DNA from: Monocercomonoides exilis PA203
Taxonomy: Eukaryota > Protista > Preaxostyla
Length of the DNA: 64,000 nucleotides
Direction: 5' to 3'
Assembly (NCBI GenBank): GCA_001643675.2
Contig: LSRY02000005.1
Span: 1,860,001 to 1,924,000 of the forward strand
In this document: positions 48,601 through 60,200 of the stretch, in pieces
How the letters are laid out: the number at the start of each line of letters is the position of its first letter
Numbering within the stretch: the first letter of the stretch is position 1
Position numbers and translations under genes: made by a program
The notes under the pieces: generated by a model
Told to the model about the DNA's origin: nothing
What the model saw: only the letters and a program-made list of their open reading frames with translations
Database searches by the model: none

Positions 48601-50517
48601 ACAAAGAAAGAGGAAGGAATGAAAGTGAATGAGAGTGCAGAGAAAGGAAAGGGTTCTACTGATTCTGCAGCAGATGCACAGAAGAAAGCGAATGATGATA
48701 CTGTTTCAATCACATTCACTTTCAAGAATATCATGTTGCCTTCTACGCCTGATGAAGAAATCAAACACACAAATCTTGGTGAGCCAGTTACCATTTCGTT
48801 TGATAAAAACGCCAGCCAAGTGAGGATTGTGCAGACGCTTATCAAAGAACTGGAGCTGAATCCGAGCTATTCGATCAAGCTGTGGACGGACGGGGTGAGT
48901 GAGCAAGATTCAAAACCTTTCAATTTCATTGACATGGAAACGCTGCTGAAAGGAGCAGGGGGGAAGAGGTCGGTGAAGATTGAGTATTCTTCGTCTTTCT
49001 TGTTTGACAACTATGCGAGGCATCTGAAGGTGTATGTGGATGCACCAGAGCCTGTGACAAGAGGCATTCCAGGTGCAGAGGTGGAGATAGATGGAGATAA
49101 AGAGAAAGAGAAAGAAAAGAAAGAAGAAGATAAAACCACACCAGAATTGAAGATGGATGAGGATGAGTCTGCCGCTCCATCAGTTATTCCCACAACATCA
49201 CCACAAACACCATCGAATGACTCAAAAACAACTGAAATAACACAGCCAGGCAAGTCAGATGCTCCTTCTTCCGCCACAATCACCTTCACCTTCAAAAACC
49301 CGATGACAGACATGACGCCAGACGACGAGATCTGCCACACCGATTTGGGCGAGCCTTTCTCAGTCACTTTTGACGAGAATATGAGCAACTCGGATATGAT
49401 TGTGAAGATGATGAAGGAGCTGAAGCTGAAAGAGACGAGCTTAATTAAGTGCTGGAGCGTTGGGGAGCGCGCAAAGGCATTCAAATTCAGCAACCTGAAG
49501 ACGATGCTGGAAGGGGCAGGAAACAAAAACGAAGTTTGTGTTGAGATTCTGCCTGAGAACAGTTCAGATACAATGGCATTCAAGCTTAGCTGCTACAAGG
49601 CTTATGCTTCCACTCCATCTGCTGCAGCTGCTGGCTCTTCAAATTCGTCGCTGCATTCATCAGCTGCTTCAGCCACATCGACTTCCTCGAGCAGGACAGA
49701 CAACTTTGACTACGATGACACAATAAACTGTGATGCAAGAAGCATGGAATTTGAGTTCCGATTCAAGAATGAGCCAACACCCGGAATGACATATTACGAG
49801 CTGATGCACACGTGCACAGCACCGCCGGTGAAGGTCAAGCTGTATGAGGGAATGGATGCGATACAGATTATACGCACACTCATAAAGAATCTGCATTTGA
49901 ACAAAGAAATGCACATAATGTTCTGGAATTCACTGCCGCATCCTAGGCCATTCACCTTCTTTGATTTTGAAACCTTTGTCAAGGCAACAAGTGAAGTCAA
50001 TAAAGTGACCATTGAGCTGCTGAGCAAGTTTAATAAAGAACCAAAGGAGTTTAACCTCAACTATTACTGGAAGTGGTGCAATGAGGTGGTTGCGGATGAC
50101 ACTTCATCTATTAATGAAGATCAGCCAAGTGCTGGTTCTTCTGTATCCACAACATCTTCTGTTGTCGATACGAAACCTCCTCCTTCACAAACAACTTCAG
50201 CGTCATCTTCATCATCATCATCATCTTCATCATCATCATCATCATCATCTTCTTCTTCTTCTTCTTCTTCTTCTTCTTCTTCTTCTTCTGCACCTTCAGC
50301 TCCACTCCAGTGCATATTTGTGCTTCCATCCTTAGAAGGTGATGTGGATCTTGTGGATCTTGAGAACATTACAAAAATTGAGGAGGAAGAGAAAGTCAGG
50401 GCAGAAGAGAGAAAAGCCGAACAGGCAAGAATTGCAGAGGAAAAAAGGCTGAAAGAAGATTTGAAGAAAGTGCAAGAGGCAGAAGCCGAGATGGCAAAGG
50501 CAGCTGCTGTTAAGTGA
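42652..50517 (+). CDS. Ubiquitin-specific protease, USP4/11/15 (Ubp12)-like, DUSP-UBL-USP plus three C-terminal UBL-like repeats
   Basis: Exons 42652-42838, 42894-44008, 44184-47620, 47820-50517 (about 2478 aa). DUSP (GQIDN..W..LVDAYDGGPKIMRK), Cys box GLDNLGNTCYMNSALQCL, QHDAQE, LHEDMNRVKKKPY, CPVC and CTRC Zn pair, QLKRF, His box HSGTAGAGHYTAY, FND, AYILCYKR. Confidence 0.92.
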
Positions 50518-51563
50518 TTCGAATATTTAATCAATGTTTTTTTCTTTTCTTTTCTTTTCTTTCTTTTTCATCTTTTTGTCAATTGTTTGCTTTGTTTCTT
50601 TCGTGCCCATTTTGGATGTTTTCATTATCTTTAATTAAATTTTATTTTCATTTGGAATTCATGTTTCACTGTATTTTTTTATTTAATTTAATTTTATTTC
50701 CTGGAGCTATTTCATTTCATCGTGTTATTCGTCGGGTTCGTTCGTTCATTCAGTTGTCTTTTTCTCCAACTCTTAATTCGTTTGTTAATGAAATCGCGTC
50801 TTTTTTATCACTTGTGGTTTTTTATTTGTTGTTTTTTTAAAAAAGATTTGAGAGGAAAAGAGATGCTAAATTTTATAAAGGAATAACAAGACGAATTGAT
50901 GAAGCTGATAAATTTGATTTTGTTCTTTTTTTAAGATTTAAAAGGGATTAAAGATTTCTTTTCAAAAATTGATTATTTCCGTTATAAATTATCCACATTG
51001 AATGTTGGGATTCTGTGAAAAAGTGAAAATATAATCTATTATTTAATAATGTTATTAAAAAAAGGATAAATCATTGCATTATGCTTGCTTATTCATTCCA
51101 GATTTCAGATTTCATATTTTTATCAAAAAACCAAATTGTGAAAAAAAGTGGGACAATTAAATATGATGTGAAAAATTACTTATAAAACATGAAAAGCTCT
51201 CACATTTAAATACAAAGAACTTTTCGGAGCGTTTGTGCGCAATGTCCAAACAAAATTCAAAACATACAAAAGCAAGTAAAATCGAAATAAATGATAAGAT
51301 TATCATTCCGAATTCAACAACAAAAAACATTTTTGTTTTCAAAAATTGTGCGATTCAATAAAATGAAATTATAAATTGTCAAAAATTATTAGGAAAAGAA
51401 AATGAATATTTTCTTATTTATAAATACAACAAATCAACAAGAAATAATTCGAAAACTACATATCAAAGAGTGAGCAAAACTTACATAATTTCAAAATCAA
51501 ATGGATCAATAAAACACTTCATCTTCATATGCACATCTGGACAATACTATTTTCTGTTTTGTT

Positions 51564-54155
51564 CTATGCTTTCTTCTTTGATCCAAAGCATCCAACTGAG
51601 CTTTCCTTCTTATTTGCCTCTTTGGTTGTCTTTGGAGCATCTGCTGACGCCCCTTTCGTTTTCCTTTCAGCCAAAAGCGTCTCAACTTCTCTATCATATC
51701 TCTCCAAATAAAACTGCTTTATCGTATTCCTCCTCGTCTTCAGCGAGGCGGTTGTCAATCCATTTTCCGGCGACCAATCCTCTGCACACAGAATAACTCC
51801 TGCAATCACCTCGTATCGCTTCACCTGCCCAGCCGACAGCGCCTTCGCCATCAGCTGCTTGAAATAGTTGAGATAAAACTGCTTCACAGCAGGTGATTGG
51901 CACAATGCTCTTTTCAGCTCTTCTGAGATGCCATTGCCTGCAACGGGGGTTGCGTAAGTAACTGATGGAGGAGAATACTGCGGAGCTGGAGACATGGAAG
52001 AATCAGAGGTTTCTGCTGGAATGCTTTCAGGAATCTCATTTGATGAAGAAGATTGAGTCTCTGTGGATACTGGAGCCACACTTTCACACACAACAACAAT
52101 CGAGTTTGCAGCAGGAGATGCTGTTGGCGAACTTTGACTGTTCGAATAGTCTGCTTCAACAGCCTTTTCTGGAGCAGAGCTTGAAGCATTGCTCTTCTCA
52201 CCAGACGATTCATATGACGAAGCAGGCGAAGCGCTTTCAGAAGGTGTCTTTGCTGGTGATGCAACAGGAGTCACAGAATTTGAATAGCCTCCTTTTTTCA
52301 TCACCCACCACTCCTTCACGCCCGGCCACTTGTCGCTGCCTGTCTCCTTCGCATTGCTTTCATCCAAAAGCGCCTCCCACTTCGGACACACAAACGCCAC
52401 AAGAAATTCCATCCCAATCGGTGGAGCGATCACCCATGCAGCCACATACTTCGCCAGATTCCGCTTGGCATCTCCGTTGATTGAGACAGAATCGTACATC
52501 CTCTCCAGCACATCAACACTCACAAACTCACCCCGTGCCATTTTGCACATGTTGTTTCTTCTGTCAATAATCCTCAGCGATTCGATTGGCTCGCCTGGCT
52601 CTCTTTCTTTTTCTCCTTCTTTCACTTTGCCGTCTTTGCCTTTCTTCAGCGGCCCCAGTTTTGTGTACGGTCCAGGAACCCACTCGCCAACATCACCTGT
52701 TCTGTAGAAGCCATCTTCCAAAAACACCTTTTTTGTAGCTTCGTCGTCTTTGTAGTATCCCTTGAACACATTCGGTCCTCGGCACAAGATCTCCCCCCTT
52801 GGATGCGGGGTGTCTGTTGTCAAATAGCCCATCTCTGGGATTGACTCCAGACGCACTTCAACATACGAGAACGGAATCCCAACTTCGCCAAAATGGGTGC
52901 CGGAAACATGCGGGCCAGTAATTCCGCAGCTGGTCTCTGTCTGCCCATATCCTTCTCCAAACGGCACAGCAAGAACAACATGAAGAAATTCTGCTATTTC
53001 TGGTTTGAGTGCAGCTGCTCCGCTGATGACAATCTTAACTTGCCCACCGACGACATCGCGAACGCTCTTGAATATCTTGTCTGCCCATGTGTCGCATTTG
53101 ATGCGCCTTTCATACGGAAGCTTTCTCTTCCAGTCGTATGCATACCAAAACATTTTCTTCTTGATCCAGGCAAGCTTGTTAATGTTATTTGTGATTGCTT
53201 CGTACATCTTTGTCAGCGAACGGGGAACTCCAGTTAAAGTGTTTGGACGAAATACTTTCATATCAGACACGAGTTGAGTCATTTCTCCATGAAAGTATCC
53301 AACACAAGCACCTTTTTCCAAATGTGCATATTCAATTGTTCTATCAAAAACGTGAGCCAACGGAAGGTAAGAAAGCAATTTTCCTTTTTCAAAATCTGGA
53401 GCAACTTTTGATCCCATCATCATATATCCTGAGCAAATATTTTCGTTTGAAAGAACAACGCCTTTTGGATCTCCAGATGTTCCAGAAGTGTAAACAATTG
53501 TATATATATCTTCTGAAAATATTTCTGCATCTTCAAAGCGATGTTCCTTCCCAGTTTCTATGATTTGTGAAAATAAATAGTCCATATCATCAAATTTTTT
53601 TCCAAAAGTCGTCTGATTGTCTATTCCAATTATTGTTTTAACTAATGGAATTTTTCCGGTTGCCCGCAATTCTGCAGCCATTTGTACGTGTTCCGCATCA
53701 ACGAAAAGTGCAGTACAGTCGGAATGATTGATAAGATGTGTATCAATCTCTTTTCCATATGAATCATAAATTGGCACAGATACAAAACCTTGAACTGCAC
53801 ATGCCATATCAAATATCAACCATTCTGGACAGTTTTTGGATAGAATGCCAATGTGATCTCCTTTGTTCAATCCAATGTGCCTCAGTCCACTTGCTAAGTT
53901 ATTTACAGATGTTTCAAAATCAGAAAACTTTGAATAAACATATTCCCCCCAGCTTCCATCGGGAAGTTTTTTGCGAAATGCAAGCGCGTTGTTTTTTGGA
54001 TAAGTCTTGCACCAAATCCTAAAGCGATTCTTCATTGTTTCTCCATGAGGATCAAAAAACGGAATGTCCCTTCCAAAGTTTTCGACTTTGTGAATTTCTC
54101 CTCCTTTTTCATACGTTAAGGTGCCTACGCTGGATGAAGATTTTTCTGCTTCCAT
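51564..54155 (-). CDS. Long-chain fatty acyl-CoA synthetase (AMP-binding)
   Basis: YTSGTSGDPKG, SYLPLAHVFDR, GYGQTE, GEILCRGPNVFKGYYKD, RTGDVGEW, IIDRR..KMARGEFV, GLTTASLK. Intronless. True ATG at 54155 (ORF track starts at TTG). Confidence 0.93.
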   Translation of the reverse strand: MEAEKSSSSVGTLTYEKGGEIHKVENFGRDIPFFDPHGETMKNRFRIWCKTYPKNNALAFRKKLPDGSWGEYVYSKFSDFETSVNNLASGLRHIGLNKGDHIGILSKNCPEWLIFDMACAVQGFVSVPIYDSYGKEIDTHLINHSDCTALFVDAEHVQMAAELRATGKIPLVKTIIGIDNQTTFGKKFDDMDYLFSQIIETGKEHRFEDAEIFSEDIYTIVYTSGTSGDPKGVVLSNENICSGYMMMGSKVAPDFEKGKLLSYLPLAHVFDRTIEYAHLEKGACVGYFHGEMTQLVSDMKVFRPNTLTGVPRSLTKMYEAITNNINKLAWIKKKMFWYAYDWKRKLPYERRIKCDTWADKIFKSVRDVVGGQVKIVISGAAALKPEIAEFLHVVLAVPFGEGYGQTETSCGITGPHVSGTHFGEVGIPFSYVEVRLESIPEMGYLTTDTPHPRGEILCRGPNVFKGYYKDDEATKKVFLEDGFYRTGDVGEWVPGPYTKLGPLKKGKDGKVKEGEKEREPGEPIESLRIIDRRNNMCKMARGEFVSVDVLERMYDSVSINGDAKRNLAKYVAAWVIAPPIGMEFLVAFVCPKWEALLDESNAKETGSDKWPGVKEWWVMKKGGYSNSVTPVASPAKTPSESASPASSYESSGEKSNASSSAPEKAVEADYSNSQSSPTASPAANSIVVVCESVAPVSTETQSSSSNEIPESIPAETSDSSMSPAPQYSPPSVTYATPVAGNGISEELKRALCQSPAVKQFYLNYFKQLMAKALSAGQVKRYEVIAGVILCAEDWSPENGLTTASLKTRRNTIKQFYLERYDREVETLLAERKTKGASADAPKTTKEANKKESSVGCFGSKKKA

Positions 54156-54668
54156 CAAAATTTTTTTGCACCCTTTTTAATTTTTTCATGGATTACTCAA
54201 TATTTTCTTATTCTTTTTTATTCTCCAAATACACAATTAATACCAAATAAAACATCAAGAATAAAAATGAGAAATGATTGATTTAGGCAAAACGTGGTAT
54301 TCAGAATAATTATATATTTGCAATTAATTCAGAAAGATTTAAAGTCAGTAATCAACAAAATGCAAACACAAAAAAAATGAAAAGAACTTCATTTAACAAA
54401 AGAACCAATAAAAATAAAAAAATAAAAAAATAAATGAAAAAGCAATCTTGTAACAGTATAAAGCAAAAAAAAACACATATACACTCACTTAGCAATATTT
54501 AATCATAAATATTTTTTAAGGTGTTGGTTATGTTAACTTTGAAGCTCAATCACAAAACCGATCGATTTTTTTTTTTCTTTTCAAATCAATTGTTATCTTA
54601 TGGGAAAAAAAAGAAGATGGAAGGATCAAAGAATCGTTTGATGAATAGAATAAAGGAATTATTTTTTT

Positions 54669-57261
54669 TCAAGCACTGTGAAGCTGAGAAGAAGAGGAGG
54701 AGGAGGAAGAGGAGGAGGAAGAGGAAGAGGAAGTAGATGACAAAGAAGAAGCAAATCCCGAATGAGAAGGAGATTGGTTTTGGTTATCTTTGCTCTGGGG
54801 AGAGAAAGAAGAAGATAGAGAAGAAGGAGAAGAAGATGAAGAAGATAGAGAAGAAGAGCGATTGAGCGGTGTGTTGGCGTTCTGAGTGATGTGGAATGGA
54901 TGTGGTGAAGAAAATGTGTGTGAAAGAGAAGAAGGAGATGATGACGATGAAGATGAATGTGAAGAAGGAGGAGAAGGAGAAGAAGAATGAGAAGAAGAAG
55001 GCAATGAAGGGGAAGATAACGAAGAAGAAGAAGAAGAAGAAGGAAGTGCAAGTGATTGAGAGATAGGAGCAAATGGTTGAATGTTTGCAGAAGGAAGAGG
55101 AAGAGAAAGGTGAAGCGGAAGCGGAAGAGGAAGAGGAAGAGGAAAAGAAGGTTTTAGGTTCTGTTGCTGTGTGAGGGCGAGTGAATTACCTGTGTTGAGG
55201 GCAAATTGTGTTTGAGTGAATGAAATGTTGGATGAGGAAGAGGAAGAAGAGGAAGAGGAAGAAGAAGAATTTGAAGAATCGACTGGCCGAAATGGAAGCT
55301 GAGGAGGAAAAGAAGAAGAAGAAGAAGAAGATGATGATGATGATGATGAAGCAAATGGGTGTGAAGTGATTGAAGGTATAAGCAAAGAAGGATCAGTTGA
55401 AACAAGAGAAGAAGAAGAGGAGGAAGAGGAAGAAGAAGGAAACGGACGAGAAGGAGAAGGAGAAGAAGAAGATGCAGAAGAAGAAGAAGAAGAAACAGAA
55501 GCTGAGAGGAAAGCAGAAACAGAAGAAGGGTTTGCAGAGGGAAGGGTATTTGTCCAAGGGCTGATTGCACTGGAAGGAGAAGGAAGGAGACGCTGGGAAG
55601 GAATAGAGAGCATGTGAGGATAAGGGAGAGAGGGAAAAGAAGGAGGAGAGGAGGAAGAAGAGGAGGAAGGAGAGGAGGAAGGAGAGGAAGAAGAAGAAGA
55701 TAGTTTGTGAGGTGTGGATGTGGCATTAATAGCAGGAAGTGAATGAAAACCACTAGAAAGTGCAGAAGAAGAAGAAGATAAAGAAGAAGAAGAAGATGAT
55801 GATGATGAAGAAGAAGAAATATCATTTGCCTGTGAAGAAAGCTGCAAGCTGTGAGTATTGCGAATGGAAGGGGAGTAAGTGACACCAGGAAAAGGAGGGA
55901 CAGAAGAAGAAATAGGAAAATGCATTGCTAATGGCTCTGAAAGAGGCTTTTCATCAGAAGAACGCTTGGGAATGTAGATGACTTCAGATGGTTGTTTGGA
56001 TGAGTGAGAGGAAGAGGATGAGGTTGAAGAGGATGTGGTGGATGTGGAAGAAAGAGAAGAAAGGGAATAAGGGGAAGAGAGGGAAGAGAGGGAAGAGTTG
56101 AGAGAGGGAAGGAGCGAGGGAAGTGACAATACTAATGTGAAAAGACAAATGGAAATTAAAAGAAAAGAAAAAAGATGAAAATTTTTTTCAGAATTTGTAA
56201 GGTTTTATTCATAAATAAAAATAAATAAATAATTGTCATTATAAAACAGAAAATAAAAGAGAAAACAAAAAAACACACATTTTCCGCTTTCTATTTTATC
56301 TTTTCCTTCTCTCTGCATCTGAGCCAGCTCCATCGCAGCAGACAGCGTCTGTACAGCTGTGTGTGTTGGCGCATGTGAAAGTGGCATGTGAGAAGAAGAA
56401 GAAGGAGAAGGAGAAGGAGAAATGGAAGAAGAAGAGGAGGAGGAAGAGGAAGAAGAAAGAGAAGTCAAAAAATCTCCTTTCCCTCTCTTCTCCTCTTCTC
56501 CATTATTATTTTCTACCCCAACATCTTCTCCTTCTCCTTCTCCTTCTCCCTCTCCCTCTCCTTCTCCCTCACCTCCTCCTTCTTCTTCTTCTCCAATCCC
56601 ATCCTTCACATTCGCCTCCTTCAGCAGCATAATCATTGCCACCGGGTCGATCGACAAGTCATTCTTCTTCTGTGCATTCTGCAGTGCCTGTATGAGAGCT
56701 CGTGGCTTCCTTCCTTTCTTCTTCTTCGTCTTCTGCCAGATATTCATCAGATAGTTGATTGTGTTCACTTGTGGCGTGTATGTGGATGAAGGAGCAGAAG
56801 ATGTGTCAGAAATGGAGGAGGAGGAAGAGAAGGAAGAGAAGAAGGTTGTGTGGTTATTTGATGGAGTGGATAAGGGTGTTTGAAGCAAAGATGAAGAAGA
56901 AGGAAAAGAAGAAGACATGTTTTCTGATTTAAAGTCAGCAGTTGCAGAGCCAATTTCCTTTGGCAGTGAAAACATTGGATTGTTCATGGAATCCATTCCG
57001 AAAGAAGGATATGGCAAGAAAGAAGAAGCAACAGAAGAAGAAGAAGAAGAAGTTGAAGAAGAAGAAGGATTAGAAGAAGAAGATGGATGCATCTGAATAG
57101 CACTTGGTGAAAAGCCCAGCTGTTTCTCCATCCATGCAATGTCCCTTGGAACAAATGGACTTCCTTTCTCTTCTTTCTCTCCTGCGTTGCTTTTCTCTTT
57201 GTTTTTTATCCAATTCGCCCCTTTTTCCACTGACATCAACGTGGAGAGGAGGAAATCTGAA

Positions 57262-57293
<32 letters not shown>

Positions 57294-60200
57294 AGATGGC
57301 TGAGAAAAAGAAGAAGCAGCAGGAGGAGGAGGAGTTACAGGAAGAGGCGTGGTGTGTTTGTGATGTTTCGTCTTCGAACCCTTCGGCCTTCCTCTTTTCC
57401 TCTTTCCTGCCTTCTCCTCTGCCCCCAGCATCTGCCCAAGCTCTCCAATCACACCAGAAACAGAGTTAGAAGCAGAAAGAGAAGGAGAAGGAGAAGTTGT
57501 GGTCGTATTCAAAATTCCTTGTCCTTGGCTGGCACTTCGAGATCTGCGTGCTCCTCTGCTTTTGTATGCACGTGGCTTCACCAGCGCATCAAACATGTGT
57601 TCTCTGCTGTTCTTGTGCTTCAATCGCTTTGCAGCATCACTGCTTCCGCTAATACTTCCACTCCCATTTCCATTTGCTCCTTCTCCTTCTCCTTCTTTCT
57701 CTCCTTCTTTCCCTTCCTCTCCTTCTTCTCCCTCTCCCTCTCCTTCTGCTTCGCTCTCTCTGCTGTTCTGATTGAAAATCCCACTCAGCGTCGACGTGAA
57801 AAACAGGTCTTGATTCGCATTGATCGCCTTTTCTGACAGTTTTCTCTGTCTTTTTGTGGTTAAAAGAGGCTCTTTGGGGAAATGGCTGTACCGATCACGC
57901 TGGCTGTGCTTGTGTCTGCCAATGTGCTTGGGAGATGGATCAGATGAGGAGGAGGAGGAGGAGGAAGAAGAAGAAGAAGATGTGGTGTTTTCTGAGGTTT
58001 TTCCTTGTACTTGTTCTTGTTCTGTCTTCACTTCTCCTTCTAAAGAGCCAAGTTCGTTCTTGATGTTTGCTTCTCCTTCAGCTCCTTCATCTTTCCCTGA
58101 ATTCTTTTTCTCTTTCTCTTCTTCCTTCATATTCACTCCTCCTTCGTTCTCCCCTTCTCCCTTCTTCCCTCCTCCGTTTTTCTCCTCCTTCGCTCTGATC
58201 TTCTTCAGCAGCATCTTCTTCTTCATTTCTGCCTCTTCCTTCACCTTTCTCAGCACCTCCAACCGCATCAGCTTCAGCCTTTCTTCCAAAGTTAACTCTC
58301 TTCCTCCCTTCGCCCGCGCCTTCTTCTTCTTCTTCTTCTTCTTCTTGTAGCTCTTCTTCAAATGCACTATATGCTTCGGTTTAACACTTGCTCCTCTTTC
58401 TCCTTCTTTTCCATTGTTTTTCTGTTTCTTTGTGTGGTTTTTGGGTTTTTCTGTGTCTTCTTCATTGTCTTCCTCTGATTCTTCTTCCCCATCATTAGCA
58501 TCTTTATCATCATTGTTAACCTCTTCTTCCTCTTCTTCTTCCTCATCCTCTTCCCCTTCTCCTTCTTCCTCCTCTTCTTCTTCTGACATTTTTCTCTTCA
58601 ACGACCTCCTCTTCCTCCTCTTTCCTCTGCTGAGCACACTTTCGCTCCTGCTGTGTTCTGGAACTGGAGATAAAGGTTCTCTTCTTGCCCTCTCTCTCCT
58701 CTTCGCCTTGCCATCCTTGTTTTCCCTCCTCCTCCTCTTCAGCATCTGCACGATGGCAAGCATTTCTTCCTCTTTGCGCTTCTTTCGCTCGGCTTCGCTT
58801 TCTTCTTCGATGGAGTCTTTTGCATTCTCTTCTGACATTTTAGTCTTGCTGTTGATGTCTTTTGGAGTGTGTTCTTTGAGTTGTGAATTGTCTTTTGTTT
58901 CTTCTTTTTCTTCTTCTCTTTCTTCTCCTTCTGTTTTCGCTTTCACTTTTTTCTCATCTTCTTCTTGTTTTTCTTGCTCTTCTGCTTTTAAATGTGAAAA
59001 TTCTGTTTTATTGTCTGCTTCTTCAAACACTTTGCTTTCAGAATTTGAAAGTTTCAATTCATTTTCTTCTGCTTTCTCCATAACATTCAACGATGTTGAT
59101 GAGTCTTTTATCTCGCTTAAATGTTTTCTTCCTCTTCCTCCTTTCCTTCCTCCTCGCTTTGTTTTGCCTTGCTTGGCATTGACAGTTGTTTCGACTTCAT
59201 TTTCTTTCTCCTTCTCTTTCTCCTTCTCCTTCTCCTTCTCCTTCTCCTTCTCTTCTTTCTTCTCTTCTTTCTTTTCTTCATCATCATTTGTACTTTTCAT
59301 CTCTTGTTTTTGTTCAAGTTTATCTTCACTTCCTGTTTCACCTTGTTTTTCCTCTTTTTCATCCTCTTTTCTCTCTTCTGTTTCTTCTTCTTCCTCTTCT
59401 TCCTCTTCTTCTTCCTCTTCTTCTTGTGTATTCTCTTCACTACTCAAAAATGACAAGTCTATTTGTGAGTCATCATCCTCATCTTTTCTGCTTTCCATTG
59501 GTTCTTCAATCTCCTTCTCTTTTTCTTTCTCTTTCTCTTTCTCTTTCTCCTTCTCCCTTTCTTTCTCCTTCTCCGCTTTGCTTTTCTTCTTCGTCTCCTT
59601 CTTCCCTTCTCTCTTCATCTTACCAATTTTCTCTTTGTTCTCTTTGTTCTCTTTATCCTCTTTATTCTGCTTCTTCTTCTGTTCTTCCCTCATTTTTATC
59701 CTCTCCGACACTCTTGTCGGCTGCAATGGCTTCATTCCATAGCCAAAACGAACAGGTTTGGTATTGCTGAATGTGTTGTCTGCTTCATTGCTATTGTTCA
59801 GATGAATAGAAGAAGAGGAGGAAGAAGAAGAAGAGGAAGAAAGAGGATGAAGAGAAGGTGATTTTGATCTTGAACGTGATTGAGATCGTGAATGAGATTG
59901 TGACAGTGATGAAGTTGATGCATCTTCGCTGATTGTTTCTTCGTCACTCTCATCTTCATCTTCTGCTTCTGTTTCTTCTCTTTCTCTTTCTCTTTCTCTT
60001 CTCTCTTTCTTTTCTCCTTCTTTGCTTTCTTTGCTTTCTTCTCCTTCTCCTTCTCCTTCTCCTTCTTCTCCTTCTTCTTTCACATCTGCTTTCTCCATAT
60101 CCTCTTCATCTCCTTTCTCCTCCTTCCCTTCCTTCCCTTCTGTCAATGAATTCTTCTTTGCATTTGCCATTTTCTTTCCATTCTTCTTTGAGCTCTTTCT

